Positions 18,058 through 28,318 of a DNA stretch of 64,000 bases are shown here, piece by piece. Positions within the stretch are counted from its first letter, which is position 1. Each line of letters opens with the position of its first letter. The stretch is taken from contig JBDHDE010000014.1 in NCBI GenBank assembly GCA_039591655.1, positions 1-64,000 on the forward strand, read 5' to 3'. Under the pieces are notes generated by a model. That model was given only the letters and a program-made list of their open reading frames with translations. It made no database searches and had not been told where the DNA came from. Both the position numbers and the translations under genes were made by a program. The stretch is from Gemmatimonadota bacterium (GTDB lineage Bacteria; Gemmatimonadota; Gemmatimonadetes; Gemmatimonadales; GWC2-71-9).

Positions 18058-18740
18058 TAGAGCTCTCCGAAGGCCTCGCTGGAGACGAGGGGCACGAACC
18101 GGCAGGGTCCGGCCGTGTGGTGACGGTACCCCGACGCGGTCCGCTCCACCGTCGTCAAGTCCTGGAGCGCCCGGTCGCCGAGGGGAATCACCAGACGCCC
18201 GCCAACGGCCAGCTGGTGCAGCAGTGCCTCTGGCGGCTTGGGCGCCGCCGCCGCCACCACGATGGCGTCGTAGGGGGCGCCCTCCGGATGCCCCAGGGCG
18301 CCGTCGCCGATGATCACGGTGACGTTCTCCACGCGCAGGTTTGCCAGGCGCCACTCAGCCTCCCGGGCGAGAGGCGCCAGGCGCTCGACGGTCCACACGT
18401 GGTGGGCGAGCTTCGCCAAGATCGCCGTCTGGTACCCCGTCCCCGTGCCCACATCCAGCACCACCGAGCGGCGCGTCACCTGCGCCTCCTGGGTCATGAG
18501 GGCGACGATGTAGGGCTGCGAGATCGTCTGGTCGTACCCCACGGGGAGGGGCGTGTCGGCGTATGCCTGGTCTTGCAGGTGGTCCGGCACGAACGCGGCC
18601 CGGGGCACGGAGGCCATGGCGGCCAGGACACGGCGATCGGTGATGTCGCGGGCCGCGAGCTGACGGCGCACCATCTCGCGCATGCGGGGATCCTTGTCGG
18701 GACCCACGGTGCCGTGGTGGGGGTCAGCCGCCTTCCGCAT
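18054..18740 (-). CDS. pcm: Protein-L-isoaspartate O-methyltransferase
   Basis: VPRAAFVP, QTISQPYIVA, LDVGTGTGYQTA, APYDAIVV, GGRLVIP, RFVPL. Start approximate. Confidence 0.93.
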   Translation of the reverse strand: MRKAADPHHGTVGPDKDPRMREMVRRQLAARDITDRRVLAAMASVPRAAFVPDHLQDQAYADTPLPVGYDQTISQPYIVALMTQEAQVTRRSVVLDVGTGTGYQTAILAKLAHHVWTVERLAPLAREAEWRLANLRVENVTVIIGDGALGHPEGAPYDAIVVAAAAPKPPEALLHQLAVGGRLVIPLGDRALQDLTTVERTASGYRHHTAGPCRFVPLVSSEAFGELY

Positions 18741-19464
18741 CCCCCGGCTCTCGGGACAGGAGACGGCCCAGGACCGAACGTGACCGGGTCGGTGGGGCCT
18801 CTTCCAGGCGGGCCTCCGCCTCGGCGGCCCGCCGCTCGATTGCGAGCCTGGACTTGCGCAGCCGCTCAACCAGCTCCCGCTCGGCGGTGAGCTCCCGCTG
18901 CAGGGTCGCCAGCTCCTCTGCCAGCTCTGCTGCTGCCGCTCTGGGCTCTGGGGCGGGCGGCTCCTCGGCCCCCTCAGCCTGCGGCGGTGGCGGTGGCGCG
19001 ACCGGGGCCGACTCGCCTGCCGGAAGCGTGCGGCTCACCTGCTTGGTCAGCTGCTCGGCAAAGTCGCCCAGCATGAGATGCTGCCGCTCGACCGCTTCCC
19101 CCAGCCGCACCAGCTCCCGAGCCATCTGCCACATGGCCTCGCGGCGCTCCCGCTCGCCATCCAGCACGGTGGCCAGCAGCTCCTCGGACTGCAGGGCGCT
19201 CATGCGCGCGGGGGGTCGAGTCCGAGTCGGGGTCGGTCCGCCAAACAGCTCGGCGTCGATCTCCTCCCTGGTGCGTCCCTTGGCGTAGCCGTCGGCGATG
19301 GAGCGCAGGGTCGCGAGTGCGTCCTCGGGGTAGCGCCGGCGCCGTCCCGTGCCGACCGTGGCGATGTGCTCCGCGAAGGCGTCCCGGTAGTACCGCACGG
19401 TGGACTCCGGAAGGTCCAGCACGCGGGCCATCTCGCGCAGGTTATAAAGCGGTGCGTCGCTCAT
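18724..19464 (-). CDS. MerR-type HTH plus coiled-coil protein
   Basis: LREMARVLDLPESTVRYYRDAF...GRRRRY, followed by two coiled-coil segments. Confidence 0.8.
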   Translation of the reverse strand: MSDAPLYNLREMARVLDLPESTVRYYRDAFAEHIATVGTGRRRRYPEDALATLRSIADGYAKGRTREEIDAELFGGPTPTRTRPPARMSALQSEELLATVLDGERERREAMWQMARELVRLGEAVERQHLMLGDFAEQLTKQVSRTLPAGESAPVAPPPPPQAEGAEEPPAPEPRAAAAELAEELATLQRELTAERELVERLRKSRLAIERRAAEAEARLEEAPPTRSRSVLGRLLSREPGDAEGG

Positions 19465-19664
19465 GGTTGGCAGGGCAGGTTCGCCGTACAAGATAGCAGC
19501 CGCCGGCCGGGGAAGCACAGGATCGCAACTGCGGATTGCGACTCGGAGGCTGCGGATTCTGACCCCAAGAGGGGCCGGCGCCCGGGCCGGCGGGCCACGC
19601 CTGCAACCACAGGGCTGCGCTCCGGGTATATTATCGGCTCTCGTTTCCGACCAAAGAGGTCCCC

Positions 19665-22600
19665 TTGAAGCTGTCCGACACCGCCATCCGCCGGCCGGTG
19701 CTCACCTCCATGGTGAGCGCCGCCCTCGTGCTGTTCGGGGCCATCGGGTTCCTGCGGCTCCCGGTGCGGGAGTACCCGGACGTGGACTCTCCCATCGTGT
19801 CCGTCGCGACGTTTCTCCGGGGGGCCAACCCGCGGGTGATCGAGTCCACGGTCACCGATATCCTGGAGGAGGAGCTCAGCACGATCCCGGGGCTCCGGAC
19901 CCTCACCAGCTCCAGCGTGGAGCAGTTCAGCAACATCACCCTGGAGTTCACCCTGGACCGGGACCTGGAGGCCGCCGCGCAGGACGTGCGGGACAAGGTC
20001 TCCCGGGTGCGGGGGCGGCTGCCCCAGGAGATCGAGGAGCCGGTGGTCACCAAGCAGGACGCCGACGCCAATCCGTTCTTCTGGCTGGCCCTGTCGGGCG
20101 AGAACTACGACCTGCTCCAGCTCAGCGACATTGCCGACCGGGAGGTGAAGACCCGGCTCCAGTCCCTGACGGGGGTGGGGCGCGCGCAGGTATTCGGCGA
20201 GCGCCGCTACTCCATGCGGATCTGGCTCTCACCCAGCCGGCTGGCCGCGCAGGGCCTCACCGTGCAGGACGTCCAGGCCGCTGTCCGGAGCCGCAACGTG
20301 GAGATCCCGGCGGGTCGCATCGAGTCGGACCGGCGGGAGTTCACGGTGCGCTCCCTGGGCGAGCTCAAGACGCCGGGTGAGTTCGGCAACCTCACGGTGG
20401 CCAACCAGAACGGCCAGCTGGTCAAGCTCAATGACGTGGCCCGGGTCGAGCTCGGGCCGGAGGACGACCGGGCGGTGCTGCGCTACCGAGGTGTCTCGGC
20501 GGTAGCCATCGGGGTGGTGCGGCAGTCCAAGTCCAACCTGATCGCGGTGTCGGACGGAATCCGGGGGGAGTTGCCCAACATCCAGGCGGTGCTGCCGCCG
20601 GGTGTGAACATCGACATCGCATTCGACGGCGCCGTGTTCGTGCGGCGCTCGATCCAGGAGGCCGAAGAGACGCTCATCATCGCGGGCATCCTGGTCGTCA
20701 TCATCATCTTCATGTTCCTGCGCAACCCGCGGGCGACGGTCATCCCGGGGCTCGCCATACCCGTGTCCATCATGGCGGCCTTCGGGGTGATGTACTTCCT
20801 GGGCTTCACCATCAACAACTTCACGCTCCTGGCCCTCATTCTCGCCATCGGCATCGTGGTGGACGACGCGATCATCGTGATGGAGAATGCCTACCGGCAC
20901 CAAGAGGAGCTGGGAGAGACCCCCACCGATGCGGCGAAGAAGGGCACCAGCGAGATCGCCTTTGCGGTGATCGCCACTACCGTGGCACTGGTGGCGGTGT
21001 TCTCGCCCCTCGCCTTCCTGCAGGGGACCACGGGGCGGCTGTTCAACGAGTTCGGCATCGCTCTCGCCGCTGCCGTGGTGATCTCGAGCTGGGTAGCGCT
21101 GACCCTCTCGCCGATGCTGTGCGCCAAGGTGCTGAAGGTGCCGAAGAAGCACGGCCGCGTGTTCCAGCTGTTCGAGCAGGCGTTTCTCTCCATCGCCGAG
21201 CGCTACCAGGGCGCCCTGGCGTGGGCCATGGGGCACCGCTGGTTCGTGATCGGCGGGGCAGCGGCCACAGTGCTCGTCGCCGTGGTCGTGTTCCGGTCCC
21301 TGGAGCGCGAGTTCGTGCCGCCGGAGGACCGGGGTTGGTTCCTCACGATCACGGTGGCCCCCGAGGGTGCCTCACTGGGCTACACCGACGGATACCAGCA
21401 GCAGGTCGAGGCCATCCTGGGCCGCACCGAGGACATCGAGGCGTACTTCAGCATCGTGGGATGGGGTGGCCGGGTTAACAGCGGGATCGCGTTCGTGCGC
21501 CTCACCGAGTGGGAAGAGCGCGATCGCCCGGTGCAGGCGATAGTCGGTGAGGTGCAGGCCCAGCTCTTCGGCCTCCCCGGCGTGTTCGCCTTCGCCAACC
21601 AGCCCCCGGCGTTCGGGTTCGGCCAGCCGGTGCAGTTCGTCGTGCGGCACCCCAACTTCGACTCGCTAGGGGTTGGGATGGCACGCCTCGTGCCGCGGGC
21701 GCGTCAGATCAACGGGCTGATCAACGTTGACACCGACCTCCGGGTGAACAAGCCGGAGTTGGTGGTGCGCTACGATCGGGACAGGGCCGAGGACCTGGGC
21801 GTGCCGATCCGCGACATCTCGTCGACTCTGCAGACGATGTTGGGCGGCCAGCGGATCTCCACCTTCACCCGGGCCAACAAGCTGTATGACGTGATTGCGC
21901 AGCTCGAGCCGCGGGAGCGCGCCACCCCCAGTGACATGAACCGGCTCTACGTAAGGGGGCGCGACGCCGGCCTGGTGCAGTTGGACGCAGTGGCGATTGT
22001 GGAGGAAGGCGTGGGACCGCGGCAGCTCAACCACTTCAACCGGGTCCGGTCGTTCAACCTCACGGGGAACCTGCGGCCGGGATTCACGCTGGGCGAGGCG
22101 CTCGACTCGCTCGGGGCGGCGGCCCGCGAGGTCCTCCCTCGGGGCAGCAGTGTCGCGCTCGCCGGCGAGTCGCGGGAGCTAGAGGAGAGCGGGACGGCGC
22201 TCTACTTCGCTTTCCTGCTGGCGCTGGTCGTGGTCTACATGGTGCTGGCCGCGCAGTTCGAATCGATGGTGCACCCGTTCACGGTGCTCCTCTCCGTGCC
22301 TCTGGCGGTGACGGGCGCGCTCGTGACTCTGCTGCTGGCCGGCTCGACGCTCAACCTGTTCAGCCAGATCGGGATGATCCTGCTCATCGGGTTGGTGACC
22401 AAGAACTCGATCCTCCTGGTGGAGTACGCCAACCAGCTGAAGGCCAAGGGGATGAACACGGTGGAGGCGATGCTGGAGTCGGGACGGATCCGGCTGCGCC
22501 CCATCGTGATGACATCGATGGCCACCATCATGGCGACCATGCCGATTGCGCTGGGGCTGGGGGCCGGGGCGGCCAGCCGGAGGCCACTGGGCTACGCCAT

Positions 22601-22730
22601 CGTCGGTGGCCTGTTGTTCTCTACGATGCTCACCATCTTCCTGGTGCCGGTCGTGTATGTGGTGCTGGACCGCATCCGGTTCCGGGTATGGCGGCGCGGG
22701 CCGGAGCTCCAGCCAGCGGAGGCCCAATGA
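19665..22730 (+). CDS. RND efflux permease (AcrB/HAE1 family)
   Basis: IRRPV, LPVREYP, GIVVDDAIIVMEN, KNSILLVE, RLRPIVMT; 1021 aa. Confidence 0.95.
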   Translation: MKLSDTAIRRPVLTSMVSAALVLFGAIGFLRLPVREYPDVDSPIVSVATFLRGANPRVIESTVTDILEEELSTIPGLRTLTSSSVEQFSNITLEFTLDRDLEAAAQDVRDKVSRVRGRLPQEIEEPVVTKQDADANPFFWLALSGENYDLLQLSDIADREVKTRLQSLTGVGRAQVFGERRYSMRIWLSPSRLAAQGLTVQDVQAAVRSRNVEIPAGRIESDRREFTVRSLGELKTPGEFGNLTVANQNGQLVKLNDVARVELGPEDDRAVLRYRGVSAVAIGVVRQSKSNLIAVSDGIRGELPNIQAVLPPGVNIDIAFDGAVFVRRSIQEAEETLIIAGILVVIIIFMFLRNPRATVIPGLAIPVSIMAAFGVMYFLGFTINNFTLLALILAIGIVVDDAIIVMENAYRHQEELGETPTDAAKKGTSEIAFAVIATTVALVAVFSPLAFLQGTTGRLFNEFGIALAAAVVISSWVALTLSPMLCAKVLKVPKKHGRVFQLFEQAFLSIAERYQGALAWAMGHRWFVIGGAAATVLVAVVVFRSLEREFVPPEDRGWFLTITVAPEGASLGYTDGYQQQVEAILGRTEDIEAYFSIVGWGGRVNSGIAFVRLTEWEERDRPVQAIVGEVQAQLFGLPGVFAFANQPPAFGFGQPVQFVVRHPNFDSLGVGMARLVPRARQINGLINVDTDLRVNKPELVVRYDRDRAEDLGVPIRDISSTLQTMLGGQRISTFTRANKLYDVIAQLEPRERATPSDMNRLYVRGRDAGLVQLDAVAIVEEGVGPRQLNHFNRVRSFNLTGNLRPGFTLGEALDSLGAAAREVLPRGSSVALAGESRELEESGTALYFAFLLALVVVYMVLAAQFESMVHPFTVLLSVPLAVTGALVTLLLAGSTLNLFSQIGMILLIGLVTKNSILLVEYANQLKAKGMNTVEAMLESGRIRLRPIVMTSMATIMATMPIALGLGAGAASRRPLGYAIVGGLLFSTMLTIFLVPVVYVVLDRIRFRVWRRGPELQPAEAQ

Positions 22731-24040
22731 TCGCGACTCTGCTGGCACTGCAGCTCGCGGCTCCCGCGGCGATGCCCGCGGTGCCCCAAGCGAGCGCGCC
22801 GCAGGGAGGGGACTCGCTCCCGGTCGTGACCCTGGCAGATGCGCTGCGACAGGCCGCCAACGTGGACCCCAACTACGTCGCGGCGCTGCGGGACATCGCC
22901 GACGTCAGGTGGGTGCAGCGCGCAGCGTATGCCGCGTTCATCATTCCCGCGACCACGCTGTCGGTCACGCAGACGCGGTCCGACCAACAGGTGTTCAACT
23001 TCGGAACCGGCGAGTTCGCCAACCGCCTGACGCAGGCACAGGCCGACTTCCAACTCAACCTGTTTCGCGGACTGAGCAAGTTCTTCCAGGCCGGCCAGGC
23101 CGGCGCCTTGGTGGCTCAGGCCGATGCGAACGAGTTGGCCGCCCGGTTCGAGACGGCGCTCCTCACCGAGGCCGATTACTACGAGGTTCTCGCGCAGCGG
23201 GAGCTGACGCGCGTTGCGGAGGAGCGGGTGCGGCGGGCGGAGGAGCAGCTCGCCATTGCGCGGGCGCGCGTCGTGGGTGGAGCCGCCGTGCAGACGGATT
23301 CGCTCCAGCTACTGCTGGAGCTCACCCGGGCGCAGGTGGATCTCCTGCGACAGCGGGCGCTCCTCCGCGGCGCCCGCATCCAGTTGGGACGCCGCATTGG
23401 CGTCACCAGAGCGGTAGATGCGGCGCCGCTCGAGGCGTTGCCCCCAGGACCGCTCCCCATCACGGAACAGCAGGCGGTGCAGGAAGCGTTGGAGGTGGGG
23501 CCCGATTACCGGGCCGCGCAGGCGGGGGTCCGTGCGGCGGAGCGGGGGTACAGCGCGGTCTGGGGCCAGTACGTGCCCAGCGTGGATCTGTTTGCCAGCT
23601 ACCAGGCCTTCGGTGACGAGTTCTTCCTGCCGGACGACTCGAAGCGGTGGATCTACGGGTTCTCGATCAACTTCCCCATCTGGAACAACGCGCAGCGGGA
23701 GATCCAGCTATCCGTGGCCAAGTCCAATCGGGAGGTGGCGCGCGCGGTGCGCGACGACACCGAGCGGGGAGTGCGGCGTGACGTGATCGTCGCCTTCGAG
23801 TTCTTCGAATTCGCTCGGCGCAGCGCGGGGCTGGCTGAGACCGCCGTGGTGGTTGCCCGCGAGAACTTGCGAGTGAATCAGGAGCGGTACCGCGTGGGGG
23901 CGACGACCATCCTCGACCTGCTCTCGTCGCAAGTTTCCATGGTCGAGGCCGAGGCGGGCGTGGTGCAGGCCCGACAACAGGAACGCCTGGCGCTGGCGGC
24001 GCTCGAGGCGCTGCTCGGACGACGGATCTACGGGACATGA
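22727..24040 (+). CDS. TolC-family outer-membrane efflux protein
   Basis: ATGA overlap with the upstream gene, signal peptide, OEP repeats, RYRVGATTILDLL. Confidence 0.9.
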   Translation: MIATLLALQLAAPAAMPAVPQASAPQGGDSLPVVTLADALRQAANVDPNYVAALRDIADVRWVQRAAYAAFIIPATTLSVTQTRSDQQVFNFGTGEFANRLTQAQADFQLNLFRGLSKFFQAGQAGALVAQADANELAARFETALLTEADYYEVLAQRELTRVAEERVRRAEEQLAIARARVVGGAAVQTDSLQLLLELTRAQVDLLRQRALLRGARIQLGRRIGVTRAVDAAPLEALPPGPLPITEQQAVQEALEVGPDYRAAQAGVRAAERGYSAVWGQYVPSVDLFASYQAFGDEFFLPDDSKRWIYGFSINFPIWNNAQREIQLSVAKSNREVARAVRDDTERGVRRDVIVAFEFFEFARRSAGLAETAVVVARENLRVNQERYRVGATTILDLLSSQVSMVEAEAGVVQARQQERLALAALEALLGRRIYGT

Positions 24041-25119
24041 CCAGCATGAATGCTAAACAGACGTTGGCGGCCGCGCTGTGCGTGTTGGCGCTGACCGGCT
24101 GCAACAAGGCGGAGTCGAGTGGAACCGGCGGCCCCGGCGGGGGCGGCATGCCGCCGACACCCGTGGAGGTGGCAACGGCGTTCTCCGACACGGTAGTGGA
24201 CGCGATCCGCGCCAACGGACAGATCGAGGCCGTGCAGTCCATCGACGTGCAGCCCGAGATCACCGGGCGGCTCACGCAGATCCTCGCCCGCGAGGGCAGG
24301 GAGGTCGCGGCGGGCACCCCGCTGTTCAAGGTGGACGACGCCGAGCTCAGGGCGGAGGTGGCGCGCCTCGAGGCCGAGCGCGACCTGGCCGTGCAGGCGC
24401 TCACCCGCACCCGGGACCTCATCGAACAGAACGCCTCCTCGGAGGCCGACCTGGAGCAGGCCGAGGCGAGCGCCCGCAGCGCCGCGGCGAGGCTCGAGCT
24501 GCAGCAGGTGCGCCTGGAGCGCACGGTGGTGCGGGCGCCGTTCGCGGGCGTGGTCGGGCAGCGCTACGTGAGCCTGGGCGACTACGTCACCAACTCCGCT
24601 CGTCTCACCACGCTGCAGACCGTCGATCCGCAGCGCGCCGTGTTCCGCGTGCCCGAGCGCCATGCGGAGCGCCTCCGCACGGGACAGGAGGTCACGTTCT
24701 CCGTGGCGGCGGTGCCGGAGCGGGAGTTCGTGGGGCGAGTGGACTTCATCGATCCCATCGTGGAGCTCCCTGCCCGCACGATCACGGTCAAGGCGCAGGT
24801 GTCCAACCGCGACCGGGTGCTCAAGCCCGGGATGTTCATCGAGGTCCGTCTCGCCACGGAAGTACGGGCGGGGGCGGTGGTGGTGCCGGAAGACGCGATC
24901 CTTCCGCTTCAGGGCGTCGAGTACGTGTGGGTGATCGCGGAGAATCAGGCCACCCGCAGGCAGGTGGAGCTGGGTGTGCGGGTGCCGGGGTTCGTGGAGA
25001 TCCTGGGCGGTCTGGAGGTCGGCGAGCTGGTGGTCGTCGGCGGGCTGGAGCGTCTCACCGAGGGAGCGCCCGTGAGCCCGATCCCAGTGGAGCGGGGGCG
25101 GCCGGGCGACCGGGAGTGA
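24037..25119 (+). CDS. RND periplasmic adaptor (MFP) lipoprotein
   Basis: Lipobox ALTGC, VRAPFAGVVG, LKPGMF, RRQVELG. Confidence 0.92.
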   Translation: MTSMNAKQTLAAALCVLALTGCNKAESSGTGGPGGGGMPPTPVEVATAFSDTVVDAIRANGQIEAVQSIDVQPEITGRLTQILAREGREVAAGTPLFKVDDAELRAEVARLEAERDLAVQALTRTRDLIEQNASSEADLEQAEASARSAAARLELQQVRLERTVVRAPFAGVVGQRYVSLGDYVTNSARLTTLQTVDPQRAVFRVPERHAERLRTGQEVTFSVAAVPEREFVGRVDFIDPIVELPARTITVKAQVSNRDRVLKPGMFIEVRLATEVRAGAVVVPEDAILPLQGVEYVWVIAENQATRRQVELGVRVPGFVEILGGLEVGELVVVGGLERLTEGAPVSPIPVERGRPGDRE

Positions 25120-25143
25120 GGAGGGTCGGGTTGCCTACCCTCC
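25120..25143. terminator. Hairpin between convergent efflux operons
   Basis: GGAGGGT-C-GG GTTG CC-T-ACCCTCC inverted repeat. Confidence 0.45.
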
Positions 25144-26262
25144 TACCGTCTTCGGGAACCGTACAATCGCGAGCCGCAGCACGCCTATCGCCATCACGGC
25201 CAGGGCGGCGAACTGCAGCCACAGGCCCGTCAGGCCTTCGCCCTTCAGGAAGATGGCCCGGATGATCTCCAGGAAGTGGCGCACGGGGTTCAGCAGGGTG
25301 ATCCACTGGAAGATCTCGGGCATGCTGTCGATCGGGTAGAAGAACCCCGAGAGAATGATGGCCGGCTGGAAGAACAGGAACATGGTCAGGAACGCTTCCT
25401 GTTGCGTCCGGGAGATCGTCGAGATTAGCAGCCCCACCGAGAGCCCGGCCAGGATGTAGAGCATCGCGGCCAGCAGCAGCGCCGGCGGCGAGCCCCGGAT
25501 CGGCACGTCGAACCACACCACCGCCAGCACCGAGATCAGGACCAGGTCCAACAGGGCGATGGCGGCCACGGGGAGCGTCTTGCTCAACATCAACTCTCCA
25601 GGAGTCAGCGGGCTCACCATCAGTTGATCCAGTGTTCCGAGCTCCCGCTCCCGTACCACGGCCAGGGCCGTGAGCAGCAGGCACATCAGCATCAGGAGCA
25701 CCCCGACGACGGCTGGGACGTTATAGATGCGACTCTCCAAGTTCGGGTTGTACCATGCCCGAACGCGCAGATCGATCCCCCCCGTCGGCAGCATGCCAAG
25801 GGCCGCGGCCTGCTCCAGACCGAACCGCTGCACGATGCGCTGGGCGTAGCCCTGGGCCACCGTGGCGCTGTTGGACTGGGTGCCGTCGAGCACGAGCTGG
25901 ATGGTAGCCGTCCGGCCCGACGCTAGATCGCGCGCGAACCCCCGCGGGATCTCGATCCCCACCATGGCGTCGCCCCGATCGAGTGCCCGCACCAGGTCGC
26001 CCGAGCGCTGTGACCGGCCGACGATCTCGAAGTAGCCCGTGGCGCGGAAGACGTCGATGAGGCGACGCGACTTGCTGGTCTGGTCGTAATCCACGACGAA
26101 CGTCGCCGTGTTGCGGACGTCCGTGTTCACGGCGTAGCCGAACATCAGCAATTGGATCACGGGCGCCACGAATATGACGGCTCGGGTGCGCGGATCCCGC
26201 AGGAGCTGCCGCAGCTCCTTCTTCACCATCTCCCGCAGCCGCAGGGTAGCGATGCGGCTCAT
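25135..26262 (-). CDS. ABC-2 permease (YbhR-like)
   Basis: KELRQLLRD, FGYAVNTD, WYNPNLES, RERELGTLDQL, LSGFFYPI. Confidence 0.9.
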   Translation of the reverse strand: MSRIATLRLREMVKKELRQLLRDPRTRAVIFVAPVIQLLMFGYAVNTDVRNTATFVVDYDQTSKSRRLIDVFRATGYFEIVGRSQRSGDLVRALDRGDAMVGIEIPRGFARDLASGRTATIQLVLDGTQSNSATVAQGYAQRIVQRFGLEQAAALGMLPTGGIDLRVRAWYNPNLESRIYNVPAVVGVLLMLMCLLLTALAVVRERELGTLDQLMVSPLTPGELMLSKTLPVAAIALLDLVLISVLAVVWFDVPIRGSPPALLLAAMLYILAGLSVGLLISTISRTQQEAFLTMFLFFQPAIILSGFFYPIDSMPEIFQWITLLNPVRHFLEIIRAIFLKGEGLTGLWLQFAALAVMAIGVLRLAIVRFPKTVGG

Positions 26263-27374
26263 GCGATCTCCTTCTTGAACACGCCGATGGCCAGTGAGAG
26301 CCCGACCACCGCGAACACGACCATCGCAATGGCGTCCACCCACAGCACGTCGATACCCACGCCCTTGAGGAAGACCCCCATGGTCACTGTCACGTAGTAG
26401 CGCGCGGGCACTGCGTAGCTGATGCCACGCAACAGGAGGGGCATCGTGGAGATGCTGAAGATGAACCCCGACAACAGCAGTGCCGGCAGGAACGTGGCGA
26501 TGATTGCCACCTGGGTCGCCAGGACCTGGGACTTGAGCGCGGCGGAGATGAAGATCCCGAGTCCCAGGGCGCCGATCAGGAAGAGCAGCGTGAGGATGCC
26601 GAGCAGCAGGACATTGCCGACGAGGGGCACGCCGAACACCATGATGCCGAGGACGGTCGCGAGCGCCACGTCGAACAGCCCGATCCCGACGTACGGCAGG
26701 AGCTTGCCCAACACCACCTCGAGGCGGTGCACCGGCGTGGCGGCGAGTTGCTCCATGGTGCCCCGTTCCCACTCCCGGGCGATCGTGAGTGCCGTGAGCA
26801 TGGCGGCGATGATGGACATGATGACCGCCACCAGCCCGGGCACGATCATGTTGCGGCTCTCGAGGGTCTCGTTGTACCAGACCCGACTCTCCATGGCGGC
26901 CGGGAGAGCGAGGCGCCGGACCTGGGGCACGACCTCGGCAGGGTAGCCGGCTGCGATGGCGGTGGCGTAGTTCTGGGCGATGGTAGCGGTGTTGGCGTCG
27001 CTCCCGTCCAGCAGCATCTGCACGGGGGCGGGACGCCCGGCCGCGAGGTCCCGGGCGAATGACGGCGGTACCACCAGCACCAGGCGCGCCCGGCCCGCTC
27101 CCAATACCTCGTCGGCATCCTCGTAGCGCGCTAGGTGCTCTACCACCGTGAAGTAGCCGGAGCCCTCGAAGGCCTGCAGCAGCCGACGGCTCTCTGCCGT
27201 GGCGCTCTCGTCCAGCACAGCCATCTCGATGTCGCGGATGTCGAACGAGATGGCGTAGCCGAACAGCAGGAGCAGCACGACGGGCAGGATGAACGCGAGG
27301 TAGAGGCTCCTGGCATCGCGCCGCAGCTGCAGCATCTCCTTGCGGCTCACCGCCCAGAGGCGTGCGAAGCTCAT
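26259..27374 (-). CDS. ABC-2 permease (YbhS-like)
   Basis: KEMLQLRRD, DGSDANTA, REWERGTMEQL, LLSGFIF. Confidence 0.9.
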   Translation of the reverse strand: MSFARLWAVSRKEMLQLRRDARSLYLAFILPVVLLLLFGYAISFDIRDIEMAVLDESATAESRRLLQAFEGSGYFTVVEHLARYEDADEVLGAGRARLVLVVPPSFARDLAAGRPAPVQMLLDGSDANTATIAQNYATAIAAGYPAEVVPQVRRLALPAAMESRVWYNETLESRNMIVPGLVAVIMSIIAAMLTALTIAREWERGTMEQLAATPVHRLEVVLGKLLPYVGIGLFDVALATVLGIMVFGVPLVGNVLLLGILTLLFLIGALGLGIFISAALKSQVLATQVAIIATFLPALLLSGFIFSISTMPLLLRGISYAVPARYYVTVTMGVFLKGVGIDVLWVDAIAMVVFAVVGLSLAIGVFKKEIA

Positions 27375-28318
27375 CCGGCGATCGCTCCCCCCTCGCGGTG
27401 CACCAGGGCGACGAACACGTCCTCCAGCGACGGCTCCACTGCGGTGAGCGACTCACAGGTGCGTCCTGCCGCTCTCAGGAGTGCGGGTAGCTGCTCGAGC
27501 GCTGCTCGCTCGTCATCCACCATCACATGGACCACGCGTCCGAACATTCCCGCGGTGATCACGCCCGGGGCGGGCTGGAGGGCTTCGACGGCTCGGGGCG
27601 GGTCGTCGGTGTGGAGCTCGAGCAGTGGTTGGTGCAGGGCGCGCTTGAGCTCGGCCGGGCGGTCCAGGGCGATGAGCCGGCCCCGGTGCATGAGGGCCAG
27701 GCGGTAGCAGTACTCCGCCTCCTCCATGTAGTGCGTGCTCACGAAGACCGTGGTCCCGCCGCCGGCCAACTCGTAGATGAGGTCCCAGAAGGCGCGACGC
27801 GAGACGGGGTCGACGCCCGAGGTCGGCTCGTCCAGGAAGAGGATCGGGGGCTCGTGCAACACCGCGCAGCCGAGTGCGAGACGCTGCTTCCATCCCAGGG
27901 CGAGCTCTCCGGTGGGCCGGCGCTGGTGCGTAGCGAGGCCGGCCATCTCGAGGACCCAATCCCGCCGCGCGGCAAAGCGAGATCCCGTGACGCCGTAGAG
28001 CCCGGCGAAGAGCTCGATGTTCTCCTCCACCGTGAGGTCGGCGTACAACGAGAACAACTGGGACATGTACCCGATGCGGCGCTTGACCAGGTGGGCGTCT
28101 CGCGTCACGTCGTACCCGGCCACCTGAGCGGCCCCGGCCGTGGGGCGCAATAGGCCGGTGAGCATCTTGATGGTGGTGGTCTTCCCCGCGCCGTTCGGCC
28201 CCAGGAAGCCGAAGATCTCTCCCTCGGCCACCTCGAATCCCACCCGGTCGACCGCGACGAACTCGCCGAACTTGCGGGTGAGGTCGCGGACACGGACCGC
28301 ATCACCCGCGGCGGGCAT
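27371..28318 (-). CDS. ABC ATP-binding protein
   Basis: GPNGAGKTT, LALGWKQR, LDEPTSGVDP, STHYM. Confidence 0.92.
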   Translation of the reverse strand: MPAAGDAVRVRDLTRKFGEFVAVDRVGFEVAEGEIFGFLGPNGAGKTTTIKMLTGLLRPTAGAAQVAGYDVTRDAHLVKRRIGYMSQLFSLYADLTVEENIELFAGLYGVTGSRFAARRDWVLEMAGLATHQRRPTGELALGWKQRLALGCAVLHEPPILFLDEPTSGVDPVSRRAFWDLIYELAGGGTTVFVSTHYMEEAEYCYRLALMHRGRLIALDRPAELKRALHQPLLELHTDDPPRAVEALQPAPGVITAGMFGRVVHVMVDDERAALEQLPALLRAAGRTCESLTAVEPSLEDVFVALVHREGGAIAG

